Shown piece by piece: positions 10,985 to 21,237 of a stretch of 64,000 bases of DNA. Each line of letters begins with the position of its first letter. Within the stretch, counting starts at the first letter, position 1. The notes under the pieces are model-generated. The model was not told the DNA's origin. It saw only the letters and a program-made list of their open reading frames with translations, and did no database searches. A program made the translations under genes and the position numbers. The DNA comes from Nostoc sp. DedSLP01 (GTDB taxonomy: Bacteria > Cyanobacteriota > Cyanobacteriia > Cyanobacteriales > Nostocaceae), in the NCBI GenBank assembly GCA_034530875.2, contig JAVRCJ020000010.1, forward strand, positions 64,001 to 128,000, in the 5' to 3' direction.

Positions 10985-11437
10985 ATGACTACTACTCAAG
11001 AACAAGCCACAACTTCTTGTTATGAGAGATTAGAACCTTCTCAACCTATAGAGAAGCCAGACTCATCCAGTAAAGTTAATAAATGGAATCAGAAATGGAT
11101 CTTGAGCAATATCGTTGATAGGAGGCAAGAACATTTCATCTTAGATGATATGAAATTGACAATAATCAAGTCTAATAATCAGTTTCAAGCCACCTTATCT
11201 TATTACATAACTTCCAAAGGTTGGAGAACAGGAACAACTGAAATGCCAGGAATCCGGATAGGCTTAAATAGCAATAAAGGAATGTTTTTGGCCAACTGGT
11301 CTATTGATAATATTCAGGTAAGTTGTGGAGAAACTCATCAGTATCGAGAACATAAGACAACTTTCAATGCTTATGTTTTTGAAAATATTTTTAAAGCTGA
11401 AAGAGATATTAATAATGGTCGCGTTTATAAATGTTAG
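10985..11437 (+). CDS. Hypothetical protein (150 aa)
   Basis: ATG-started ORF of plausible composition in an AT-rich region; no recognisable motif. Confidence 0.6.
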   Translation: MTTTQEQATTSCYERLEPSQPIEKPDSSSKVNKWNQKWILSNIVDRRQEHFILDDMKLTIIKSNNQFQATLSYYITSKGWRTGTTEMPGIRIGLNSNKGMFLANWSIDNIQVSCGETHQYREHKTTFNAYVFENIFKAERDINNGRVYKC

Positions 11438-11472
11438 GAATTTTATCAAAAACTCTCTTGATGCTAGCAATA

Positions 11473-11722
11473 TAGAGCAGTTTTGATTTGCATGAGTTAC
11501 AGAGTTAATAGTTTTAAGGCAGGATAGCGCAGCGTAAAGCCTTCTCTACGAGAGGCTTTGCCAACGGCATGGCTTCTCTACGAGACGCTACGCGTAGCTT
11601 GCTTCCCCGTAGGGGTACGCTTAGAGCGAGTCCACGAGCGTCGGCAGAGGGCAGAAGGAAAAAGAAGAATTTCTATATTGAATTCTCCATCTGTCTACCT
11701 CATTTATTTGCAAACTGCTGTA
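11473..11722. mobile_element. MITE-like element with nested small dispersed repeats
   Basis: Imperfect terminal inverted repeats TAGAGCAGTTTTGATTTGCATGAGTTACA / TGTCTACCTCATTTATTTGCAAACTGCTGTA; GC-rich nested palindromic units at 11525-11642. Confidence 0.6.
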
Positions 11723-11852
11723 TGTATAAAACCAGAAAGTATACCCCCAACTAAAAATTCAGTTAACTTTCGGAAAACCAGGAAAGATAATTTCAAATTC
11801 ACCTAAACTTAACTCTAATATTTCAAGTACAAATAACAGAAGGAATTTTGGC

Positions 11853-12995
11853 ATGAAAAATTTCAAAATTATGACATTAGGAGCATCAGGTGCAGGAAAA
11901 ACTGTATTCCTTGCCAGTATGTTCAAGGCATTATCAATTCAGAAAAACTCTAGTTTTAAGCTTAATGTTGAAGATTCACAAAAACGAAAATTACTAAACT
12001 CTACCTATACACAGATACTGACTGGAGATACTTGGCCTGCTGGAACAAAAGATATTTCTGAATGGACGTTTACTTGTCAAGTTCAAACAGAAGATCTTGA
12101 TAATTACAATGCTTGTCAATTCACTTACTTTGACTATGCTGGAGGTCGCCTAACTGATGTAGAGAAAGATCCTGACTTGGAAAAAGTTATACAAGAAGCT
12201 GATACGGTTTTAGGGTTACTAGATGGTCATAAAATATATGCTTGGCTGAATGATAGCGATCGACTACGAGCCAATACTTTTTTAAACACGGATTTACCTA
12301 GTATTCTCAACCGGATGCAGAACCTTAAAGTTCCAGTTCACTTTGTTATTACTAAATGGGATGTTCTCGATCGCAAGTTTACCCTATCTCAAATACGCGA
12401 AAAACTTCTCACTATTCCTGCTTTTGCACAATTAATCAAAACTCAAGGTGAAGCAGGTTCTATTGTCCGAATTATTCCAGTTAGTGCTATCGGTTTAGAA
12501 TTTGCTACTCTCCAACAAGATGGAAGTATGAAAAAGAATCCCGGTAAAATTCCCATTCCTTTTTTACTGGAAGTGCCTATATCCTGCGTTCTCCCAGATA
12601 AACTACAACAATTGCACAATGAAAAACAAGCACAAGAAAAACAACTAGAGCAACAAATTCAGAAAATGGAGGGTGGCAATATTCTGGTTAGTGCTTTGGT
12701 TGGTGGCTTAGATATTTTAGGTGTTGGGTTAGATGGAATCGGATTGATATTTGAGATAGATGAAAGTTTCCAAGTATACAGACTAATTGCTAAAACAGCA
12801 TCAATGTTTAATTCTTTGTTAAAGGGGGGGATAAAAGGAATTAATGAAAAAATCAGTAAAGCAGATCGAAAAAAGAAAGAGACTACTCTCAAATCCGTTC
12901 AAGACGAACAGTCTGCACTAATGCACGCAATCAATGTTTTTTATGAATTTGAGAAAGAGTTAATTGATAGTTTTCCAGAGTCGCAATTGGTTTAG
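11853..12995 (+). CDS. TRAFAC-class GTPase (double-GTPase-system-like), copy 1, with C-terminal coiled coil and hydrophobic segment
   Basis: G1 GASGAGKT, G2 WPAGT, G3 DYAG, G4 TKWD, G5 VSA; RBS-like GAAGGA upstream. Confidence 0.85.
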   Translation: MKNFKIMTLGASGAGKTVFLASMFKALSIQKNSSFKLNVEDSQKRKLLNSTYTQILTGDTWPAGTKDISEWTFTCQVQTEDLDNYNACQFTYFDYAGGRLTDVEKDPDLEKVIQEADTVLGLLDGHKIYAWLNDSDRLRANTFLNTDLPSILNRMQNLKVPVHFVITKWDVLDRKFTLSQIREKLLTIPAFAQLIKTQGEAGSIVRIIPVSAIGLEFATLQQDGSMKKNPGKIPIPFLLEVPISCVLPDKLQQLHNEKQAQEKQLEQQIQKMEGGNILVSALVGGLDILGVGLDGIGLIFEIDESFQVYRLIAKTASMFNSLLKGGIKGINEKISKADRKKKETTLKSVQDEQSALMHAINVFYEFEKELIDSFPESQLV

Positions 12996-13025
12996 GCATA
13001 TATTAATAAATCCTCTAGAGTTGCA

Positions 13026-14120
13026 ATGAATAATTACAGTATTATTACTCTCGGCTCGTCTGGTTCTGGCAAAACCATCTTCTTAGCCAGCCTTTTCAAG
13101 GTATTTTCAATACAAGGAAAATTTGGCTTTTCCTTAGATACTCAAGACAGAACTAAAAGAATAACTTTGAATAAAATTTATCACGATTTGACTACAGGAG
13201 AAGAATGGCCTTCAGGTACGAAAAATATTTCTGAATGGGTATTTACTGGCTATGTAAACAACTCAGAAATATCTAAAATCCCAGCTTTCAAGATTACCTA
13301 TATTGATTATAAAGGAGGTCTAATCACAGACCAAGAATCATCAGAAAGTGAAAAAGAGTATGGTGGTTATAATGATTTGGAAACATACGTTAAAGAAGCT
13401 GATGCAGTTTTAGGAATTTTAGATGGGCAAAAGCTACTTTATTTTATGCAGGATCTAACTAGTAACGTTGTTTTAAGATGGCTAAATCAAGACCTACCAG
13501 CTCTCATGCAAATAGTCGATAAATGCAATAAATATATTCCCGTTCATTTTATTATTACCAAGTGGGATTTACTTGAAGGCAGTTACTCTCTAGCAGATGT
13601 AAAAAACCGTTTGTTAGATAAAGTTCCTGAATTTCATAACGTAGTTGAAAATCGGATAAAAGTAGGTTGTCCGGTACGTTTGATTCCTGTCAGTTCTCTA
13701 GGTAAGGGTTTTGCAGTCTTACAATCTAACGGACAGATGAAGAAGGTTTCAGCTAATCCACCACATCCAATCAATGTAGAGTTTCCCCTTGCTTTTGCTT
13801 TGACAGATAAGTTACAAAATCAACCTGGCGCTTCCAAACAAAAGCCTTTCAAATTAATAGTGTGGGATTGGGTTATTATTGGAATTTGTCTTTTTCTCCT
13901 TATACCTACTGCCGGATCTGTATTATTTATTGCTCTGGTTTATTTTGGGTTCCGCCTATTAAAAAATCGTAGCAAAAATACCCAAAAATCAAGTCAAATT
14001 TTACAGAGCGAAGATGCATTTGAACAAATTCTGAGCAAATGTCAGGAAATACAGAGACAATTCAACGCTGATTTCCCTGACTCCGATCTTACTAAAAAGC
14101 CCTCTTTGAAATTTAGGTAA
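13026..14120 (+). CDS. TRAFAC-class GTPase, copy 2, with C-terminal TM hairpin
   Basis: G1 GSSGSGKT, G2 WPSGT, G3 DYKG, G4 TKWD, G5 VSS; hydrophobic WVIIGICLFLLIPTAGSVLFIALVYFGF. Confidence 0.85.
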   Translation: MNNYSIITLGSSGSGKTIFLASLFKVFSIQGKFGFSLDTQDRTKRITLNKIYHDLTTGEEWPSGTKNISEWVFTGYVNNSEISKIPAFKITYIDYKGGLITDQESSESEKEYGGYNDLETYVKEADAVLGILDGQKLLYFMQDLTSNVVLRWLNQDLPALMQIVDKCNKYIPVHFIITKWDLLEGSYSLADVKNRLLDKVPEFHNVVENRIKVGCPVRLIPVSSLGKGFAVLQSNGQMKKVSANPPHPINVEFPLAFALTDKLQNQPGASKQKPFKLIVWDWVIIGICLFLLIPTAGSVLFIALVYFGFRLLKNRSKNTQKSSQILQSEDAFEQILSKCQEIQRQFNADFPDSDLTKKPSLKFR

Positions 14121-14128
14121 TAGGTATT

Positions 14129-15187
14129 ATGAGAATTCAAGCTTGGACTTTTCTCATTAGCCGAAATCAGTCAATTGACTACAAAACTATAGTCGCACCT
14201 GATTTCATTTCCGAAGCTAAAATTCGCAGTTCGCTTACTAAAGCTACAGAAGAAGATTTTCTTGAAAGTGGGCGAATAAGTATTCGTGAGGTAAAGGGAT
14301 CTGAAGTTGGCAACTTTACTGTTGTTTTTCGTTCGGTTAAAGCCAGAAGCAAGGACATAGGAGAGGAAGGAAATGAAGTCCTAAGAGATCCATTTGGAAG
14401 AGAAATTTATTGGGTGGAGGGGCTAGTTTTTCGGAAAAATTTGCCGGAAATTCAGTATAAAGTCGGAGAAACTCATCTCAATCAAGCGCATCAAGAGCTA
14501 CAAGACAAGTATCGTGAATTTTGGTATGAAGATAAGCTTAGTATTTCTGATGTTGATTGGATAGAACTTACATCTGAGCCAGGCAATAAGTCTAGAGTAC
14601 TAGAACCATTGACGATTAGGCTAAAACCTCAATTACCAGAACATCGATCATCAGAAGAACAAAAAATTAAAAATTCTAAATATGTTCTCAGCAAATTTGG
14701 GAGAAACACAACAAGTTTATTTAAATTTGTTTTGATTACAATTACAGGATTATTATTCTTGACTGGGATACTTTGGAAAGTGTGGTCGAACTCGCAATTG
14801 CCAAGTATATGCCTGTACAAGACTCAAGATGTACCAATTCAATTTAATCGGCAAAATCAAAACCCTTCATCACCAGAAGTGTTATTTGGAATTGAGAAAC
14901 TTAAAAAATTGAAACAAGAACATGAAACAGCTTGGATATGGCTCAACGGTTATTTGGAGGTAGAAAATGATTTTGCTAATCGGATTCAAAATGAAGTAGA
15001 CAAACACAAAAAAATTAAAGGTATCACAATAGTTCGAGATGAAAAGATCCAGTCAAGATTAAATATAAATAATCACCCGATTGGCTTGGCGATCGCTCTA
15101 CTTGAAAATAAAAAAGTTGCTAACGGTAAACTTGATGCAACAATCATTGAACCGATTTCGCAAAAAGCATCGTCGTGTAATTTGTAA
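14129..15187 (+). CDS. Single-pass membrane protein, putative GTPase-associated partner (GAP1-N-like N-terminus)
   Basis: Starts 8 nt after the GTPase 2 stop; N-terminal globular domain with RDPFGR, one TM (FVLITITGLLFLTGILW), C-terminal domain with two Cys. Confidence 0.7.
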   Translation: MRIQAWTFLISRNQSIDYKTIVAPDFISEAKIRSSLTKATEEDFLESGRISIREVKGSEVGNFTVVFRSVKARSKDIGEEGNEVLRDPFGREIYWVEGLVFRKNLPEIQYKVGETHLNQAHQELQDKYREFWYEDKLSISDVDWIELTSEPGNKSRVLEPLTIRLKPQLPEHRSSEEQKIKNSKYVLSKFGRNTTSLFKFVLITITGLLFLTGILWKVWSNSQLPSICLYKTQDVPIQFNRQNQNPSSPEVLFGIEKLKKLKQEHETAWIWLNGYLEVENDFANRIQNEVDKHKKIKGITIVRDEKIQSRLNINNHPIGLAIALLENKKVANGKLDATIIEPISQKASSCNL

Positions 15188-15200
15188 TTGAGGCTAAAGG

Positions 15201-15235
15201 GAGGAGAGAGGCTGCGGTTGACAGCCTCTCTCCTC
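15201..15235. terminator. Strong hairpin between convergent genes
   Basis: GAGGAGAGAGGCTG-CGGTTGA-CAGCCTCTCTCCTC, perfect 14-bp stem. Confidence 0.7.
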
Positions 15236-15426
15236 ATAACGATTATCATTGTTGTTTATTGTATATTTTATTGTAAATCCGAGGGTTTAATACCCCTACG
15301 TCTACACGTAGCATATTTTCAGTCGGGGTTTAAATCCAAGGGTTGAAAATGTCTTGAATTTTGAATTTTGTTACCGAGTCTACGAGCGTCATTTTGAATT
15401 TTGAATTGTTAATTCTTGCAAGTCCC

Positions 15427-17550
15427 TCACCTTTGGGACGTCTCATTTGCACAAACCATTCCTTTGGGAAGACTCAGGAGAATAGTCTGCTGGGGCGAAA
15501 GATTAATTTGATAAATCTCTTTTCCAGGTAGTTGCTGAAGCTTTGGAGAGTTCTTTTTCTCTATACCTGTTTTCTCAATTTTGTTGCTTCCCACAACCGG
15601 AGTTTTTTCAGCCTCTTGTAGGTTAGGATAACGGCTGACTTTTACCCCGTCATTACCAGAGGAGAATCCACGATCCTCTGTATTTTCTTCTTTGTTAGCA
15701 ATTGTTAATAAGGAGATATCAATCAAAGGTAAGGTAATCTTCACTGTTGTACCTCGATTGAGTCCTAGACTCTCAAGAGTGATGCTACCTCCCATGAGTT
15801 CGATTAGGTTGCGTGAAATTGCTAGTCCTAGTCCAGTGCCTTCATACTGGCGTGTAGTTGTACCATTCACCATCACAAAAGGACGAAATAGTTTGTGCTG
15901 TTGAGTCGGATCGATGCCTATGCCTGTATCTTTGATAGTAACTACTACCTGAGGTTTACCGCTGTACTCAATGTCTGTAGTAACGGTAATACTTCCTGCA
16001 TCAGTGAACTTAGTCGCGTTACCGATAATATTAATTAATACTTGCTTGAGTTTTGCTGCGTCTGCATTAATCGGTATCGGTTTATTATCTAACTCGCATT
16101 TCAATTGCAAGCCTTTTTGTTGAACGTTAACTGATTGGATATTAATTACCTCCAGCAATAGTTTTCGGAGATCAATAGGTACTGTGACTACTGAAAGTTT
16201 ACCTGCTTCGATTTTAGAAATGTCGAGTAAATCATTAATAATTCCTAGCAAATGAATTGCTGTTTCATCTGCACGTTTGAGAAAATCTGCTTCTTCTTCT
16301 CGGTCGTCACATAAGCCATCTGCAACTAAGCGAATGCAGTTAATAATAATATTTAATGGATTTCTTAATTCATGGGAAGTTGTAGCTAGAAACTGACTTT
16401 TAACTTGGTTAGCACTTTTTGCTTCTTTCCAAGCCATTTCTAGTTCTTCTGCCCCAGCTTTGAGTCGTTCCACCATTTGGTCTAGTGCTTGGGCTAGTTG
16501 ATCGAATTCTCGGATTTTGAAGTTACGGGGAACTGGTTGTGCGGCGTGGTGAGAGTGAATATTTAGAGCGTAGTCTCGTAATTGTTCTACAGGGCCCGCT
16601 AGGTAAGGAGCTAGATAAAAAGATGCTAATAAACTGGCACCAATTAAACCAACTGTTAAAACGATGAGGATGAGTTTGATTTCCTCTAAACCAAAAAGCG
16701 CATTATCAACAGTTGTAACAGCTAAGATCGCCCATTTTTGGTGTTGTTGTTGGCTGAGGGGATTGGCTATTGCTGTATAGCCAGCTAGTAATTCTTGTCC
16801 TTCAAAAGATAAATTAATCGAATCGTTGCGTCCGGTAACTGCATTTTTAATTATGGTTTTGAGTTGGGAAGCATTTGGATGCTGCTCGATATTAGTTCCC
16901 ACCCAACCGGTCAACGGATGTGCCAAAATTGTGCCATCTTCAGCGATCGCTACCATAGCCCCTGTAAGCGATCCCGGGCGATTTATCGTTTTTTGGTATA
17001 TTGCTGACTTAATACTTAAGCTGTAAGCTAAATTTCCTTGGCGATCGTAAACCGGCGCTGTTAATACTAATTGCAGTTGATTTTGTGCGTTTTTGTTACC
17101 AGTGATTCCTGCGTTTGGCGGAAAAACTGCTTTAACATCAATTTTGTCACTAGGCAAAGGTAACCTTAATTCTCCAATTGGTTCATCGCCGCAATCGCTA
17201 GCAATTACCTTCTGATTGAGGAGATTTGTTAACTGGATGCACTCAATACTCGTTGGTAACTGTTGCCTTAGCTCTCTAAGAATTTCTTTTTCTTCTATAG
17301 GCAGATTTGAGGGAATTATTGTTGTTTTACTGACACTCAGCAAATGAGCTTTAAGCAAAGCGATCGCATCTACAGTTTTCTCAGCTTTACTAATAGCGCT
17401 TTCGGTTAAATTTTGGCGCGCAGTTAACAATAGGCTAGAACGTGCCTTATTTAAAGCCACAATTTCACCTACCAGTAAAACTGGCACAAAAAGAATCAAT
17501 ATTCTTGTTACTAAAATTCGACGAAAGGACGATTGATGGGAATTATTCAT
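15427..17550 (-). CDS. Membrane sensor histidine kinase (Cache-like periplasmic domain, HAMP, HisKA, HATPase)
   Basis: Two TMs, HAMP (EFDQLAQALDQMVERL), H-box SHELRNPL, NATKFT, DTGIG, GTGLGL. ATG at 17550 preferred over the TTG at 17598. Confidence 0.9.
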   Translation of the reverse strand: MNNSHQSSFRRILVTRILILFVPVLLVGEIVALNKARSSLLLTARQNLTESAISKAEKTVDAIALLKAHLLSVSKTTIIPSNLPIEEKEILRELRQQLPTSIECIQLTNLLNQKVIASDCGDEPIGELRLPLPSDKIDVKAVFPPNAGITGNKNAQNQLQLVLTAPVYDRQGNLAYSLSIKSAIYQKTINRPGSLTGAMVAIAEDGTILAHPLTGWVGTNIEQHPNASQLKTIIKNAVTGRNDSINLSFEGQELLAGYTAIANPLSQQQHQKWAILAVTTVDNALFGLEEIKLILIVLTVGLIGASLLASFYLAPYLAGPVEQLRDYALNIHSHHAAQPVPRNFKIREFDQLAQALDQMVERLKAGAEELEMAWKEAKSANQVKSQFLATTSHELRNPLNIIINCIRLVADGLCDDREEEADFLKRADETAIHLLGIINDLLDISKIEAGKLSVVTVPIDLRKLLLEVINIQSVNVQQKGLQLKCELDNKPIPINADAAKLKQVLINIIGNATKFTDAGSITVTTDIEYSGKPQVVVTIKDTGIGIDPTQQHKLFRPFVMVNGTTTRQYEGTGLGLAISRNLIELMGGSITLESLGLNRGTTVKITLPLIDISLLTIANKEENTEDRGFSSGNDGVKVSRYPNLQEAEKTPVVGSNKIEKTGIEKKNSPKLQQLPGKEIYQINLSPQQTILLSLPKGMVCANETSQR

Positions 17551-17826
17551 CGAGTGTCTCACTTTGCATCTGCAAACCATAAAAGCAAAGATATGCAACT
17601 TAGACCAGCTAAATGAGACATTTTGTTATGTTACCATCACTTGATGTTCAATGTTTAAAAATAACAAATTGTTATAGTAGAAAAAGAAATGTAGAATACC
17701 AAAATTCATATACCTTAGATTTAAAAAAGATTTGTGTTCCATATCAATAAATTGTGAAACAACAGCTTGCAGGCATGGATTTTTTGATATCTACAGACTA
17801 GCAAGCAAAACTATAAAACTCATCCA

Positions 17827-18648
17827 ATGCTGCAACATCGTCCTCATACTACAGTTGTTTTAGCAATGAGTGCAGATGGCAAGATAGCCGATTTTAGGCG
17901 ATCGGCTGCGAGATTTGGTTCCAGGGCTGACAAAGCACACTTAGAAAAACAAATCGCTGCCTCTGATGCCGTTTTATTCGGTGCTGGTACTCTCGCCGTC
18001 TACGGTACTACACTTACCGTATCAGATCCAACTTTACTGCAACAACGGGCACAAGGGGTTAAACCCTCTCAACCAGTTCATATAGTGATTACACAGTCTG
18101 GAAACCTCAATCCGGAAATTCACTTTTTTAAGCAATCAGTTGAACGCTGGTTACTCACAACAACAGCGGGAGCAGTTTCTTGGCACAAACGCCAAGAGCT
18201 ACTTCCACAGCACTTACCTCAAGAGAGGCAAGTCGCAGACAGCAGTGATTCTACAAAAACGTCGCAGTTGCAACAGCTTTCCGAACCAGAGCAAAATAGC
18301 GCCTCTAAAACCTCTGCACAGGATTTGACTCCAGAATTTAAGCAGATTATGGTTTTTGAAACACCAACGGGAGAAATTGACATTCCCGCTGCATTCAAGC
18401 ATCTAGCCACTCTACATATAACACGCTTAGTGGTTTTGGGTGGCGGTAAATTAGTGGCTTCCTTGCTGGAATTAGATTTAATCGATGAACTATGGTTGAC
18501 TGTTTGTCCGCTGATTTTAGGTGGTAGTACCGCCCCTACACCCGTAGACGGACATGGTTTTATACCACATTTAGCTCCTAAATTGCAACTTCTAGAAGTG
18601 CAAAAAATCGAGGAAGAAGTATTTTTACACTACCGCCTGCAACGATAA
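17827..18648 (+). CDS. RibD C-terminal-like reductase family protein
   Basis: AMSADGKI, DAVLFGAGT, VLGGGKL, DLIDELWLTVCPLILGG. Confidence 0.88.
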   Translation: MLQHRPHTTVVLAMSADGKIADFRRSAARFGSRADKAHLEKQIAASDAVLFGAGTLAVYGTTLTVSDPTLLQQRAQGVKPSQPVHIVITQSGNLNPEIHFFKQSVERWLLTTTAGAVSWHKRQELLPQHLPQERQVADSSDSTKTSQLQQLSEPEQNSASKTSAQDLTPEFKQIMVFETPTGEIDIPAAFKHLATLHITRLVVLGGGKLVASLLELDLIDELWLTVCPLILGGSTAPTPVDGHGFIPHLAPKLQLLEVQKIEEEVFLHYRLQR

Positions 18649-18672
18649 CCTTTCTTAGATTAGGCTAAGTAA

Positions 18673-18861
18673 GGGATTGGGGACTCGGGAGATGGGGAGT
18701 GTGGGGAGTGTGGGGAGTGTGGGGAGATGAGGAGATGGGGAAGTGTGGGAAGTGTGGGGGGAAAGATTTCTTCCCCATCCTCCCACACCTCCCACCCCTC
18801 CCACACCTCCCACACTCCCTGGTTGCCAATGCCCCATACCCAGTCCCCAATCCCCAGTCCC
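18673..18861. repeat. G-rich/C-rich STRR and 9-mer repeat hairpin
   Basis: (GGGGAGTGT)n arm opposite (TCCCACACC)n and CCCCAATCCCCAGT arms. Confidence 0.85.
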
Positions 18862-18876
18862 TTAACATCCGACACA

Positions 18877-20061
18877 ATGGTGGAACAACTCAAGCCCCGC
18901 TATTCAGTCCTTTGGACGAATAAAATCGCCGAAGTACCTCCAAATGCCTGGAATGCTTTGGCAGTGCCACTTAAAACACCTTTTTTAGAGTGGGAGTGGC
19001 TGAACAATCTGGAAACTTCCCAAAGTGCGACGATTAAAAGTGGTTGGTTGCCAAATCATTTGACATTGTGGCGAGACAGAACTCTGATTGCTGCTGCCCC
19101 ACTTTATCTGAAAGGAAATAGTTCTGGTGAATTTGTCTTCGATCATCAATGGGCAGAGTTAAGCGATCGCATTGGCATACGGTATTATCCTAAAATGCTT
19201 GGAATGACGCCATTTACCCCTGCTGAAGGCTATCGGTTTTTAATTGCCCCAGGAGAAGATGAGGACGAAATTACAGCAATCATGGTGCATGAAATTGATA
19301 CTTTCTGTGCTAAAAATCGAATTTCTGGCTGTCATTTTCTCTTCGTCGATCCCCAATGGCGTCCCGTGTTAGAACGGCATGGTTTTACGAGTTGGCTGCA
19401 CCACAGCTTCATCTGGGAAAATTCTGGTTTTAAAACTTTTGATGACTACTTACAAGTATTTAATGCCAATCAACGCCGCAACATTAAGCGGGAACGTAAA
19501 GCTGTGGAAAAGGCTGGTTTGCGATTGCAACCATTCACTGGCGATGAAATTCCTCAGTTTTGCTTTCGTTTGATGTATGACTTTTATAGTGACACTTGTG
19601 ATAAATTCGGCTGGTGGGGTAGTAGGTACTTGACACAGCGGTTTTTTGAACAGCTAGAGAGTGATTATCGCCATCGAGTTTTGTTTTTTGCAGCATATAG
19701 TCAGGACGATAATTCTTATCCTTTAGGAATGTCCTTTTGTTTATTTAAAGATGACAAACTCTATGGACGGTATTGGGGTAGCTTTCAAGATATAGATTGC
19801 TTGCATTTCGATGCTTGCTATTATGCACCGATTGAGTGGGCGATCGCTAACAATATCGCAATTTTCGATCCCGGTGCTGGTGGACGCCACAAAAAACGGC
19901 GCGGTTTTCCCGCTATGCCCAATCATAGTCTGCACCGCTTTTACAATAATCGTTTGGGGCAAATTTTGCGCTCTTATATTAAAGAAGTAAATCAACTTGA
20001 ACAAAAAGAAATTGAGGCAATTAATGCAGAGTTACCATTTAATTCAAACCGCGATTTATAG
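18877..20061 (+). CDS. FemAB-like / GNAT-fold protein
   Basis: PFLEWEWL, PLYLKGNSSGEFVFDHQWA, YYPK…PFTP, LYGRYWG, LHFDACYY, DPGAGGRHKKRRGF. Start at MVEQ (18877); the upstream extension is translated repeat. Confidence 0.88.
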   Translation: MVEQLKPRYSVLWTNKIAEVPPNAWNALAVPLKTPFLEWEWLNNLETSQSATIKSGWLPNHLTLWRDRTLIAAAPLYLKGNSSGEFVFDHQWAELSDRIGIRYYPKMLGMTPFTPAEGYRFLIAPGEDEDEITAIMVHEIDTFCAKNRISGCHFLFVDPQWRPVLERHGFTSWLHHSFIWENSGFKTFDDYLQVFNANQRRNIKRERKAVEKAGLRLQPFTGDEIPQFCFRLMYDFYSDTCDKFGWWGSRYLTQRFFEQLESDYRHRVLFFAAYSQDDNSYPLGMSFCLFKDDKLYGRYWGSFQDIDCLHFDACYYAPIEWAIANNIAIFDPGAGGRHKKRRGFPAMPNHSLHRFYNNRLGQILRSYIKEVNQLEQKEIEAINAELPFNSNRDL

Positions 20062-20088
20062 CCCAATACGCTTGGGTTAACGAAATTT

Positions 20089-20199
20089 GGCATTGCTGAA
20101 TTGAAGTATGAAATTTAATAACTCAATATCTCAAACTCTTGCTCTCTGCGTCTGTGCGTCTGTGCGTGAATTAAATTCATACCTGGATTCAGCAACGCC
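20089..20199. mobile_element. MITE with terminal inverted repeats and 8-bp target-site duplication
   Basis: GGCATTGCTGAATTGAAGTATGAA … TTCATACCTGGATTCAGCAACGCC, flanked by direct repeat CGAAATTT at 20081-20088 and 20200-20207. Confidence 0.8.
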
Positions 20200-20490
20200 C
20201 GAAATTTATCTGTTTAAGCAGGCAGGGGAGGCAGGGGGAGAAAGACACTTTCATTCAAGGCTTGTGTAAACTTGTTTCATTGGGACTGCCTGATTCTGAG
20301 TTTTATTCTATCTTCTACCTTTTTGTAAAAACCTGCCCTTGAAAGTTGCCCCCTACCTCCACAGCGATGGGATATTTTTTTAGTTGGAAGCCCCAGAAGC
20401 TTGCGTTAGTTAGATTTTATCGAAACAATATTCAGATGTTCCCTAAATCACCATAAGATAATTAGCGCGGTATTCATTGAGGAACATTAA

Positions 20491-21237
<747 letters not shown>

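Noticed and set aside
11558..11806. Short ORFs upstream of the GTPases
   Set aside because: They overlap the nested repeat/MITE and are unlikely to be coding.
18655..18923. Several short overlapping ORFs and the N-terminal extension of the GNAT ORF from 18727
   Set aside because: These are artefacts of stop-free G/C repeats; the real start is probably 18877.
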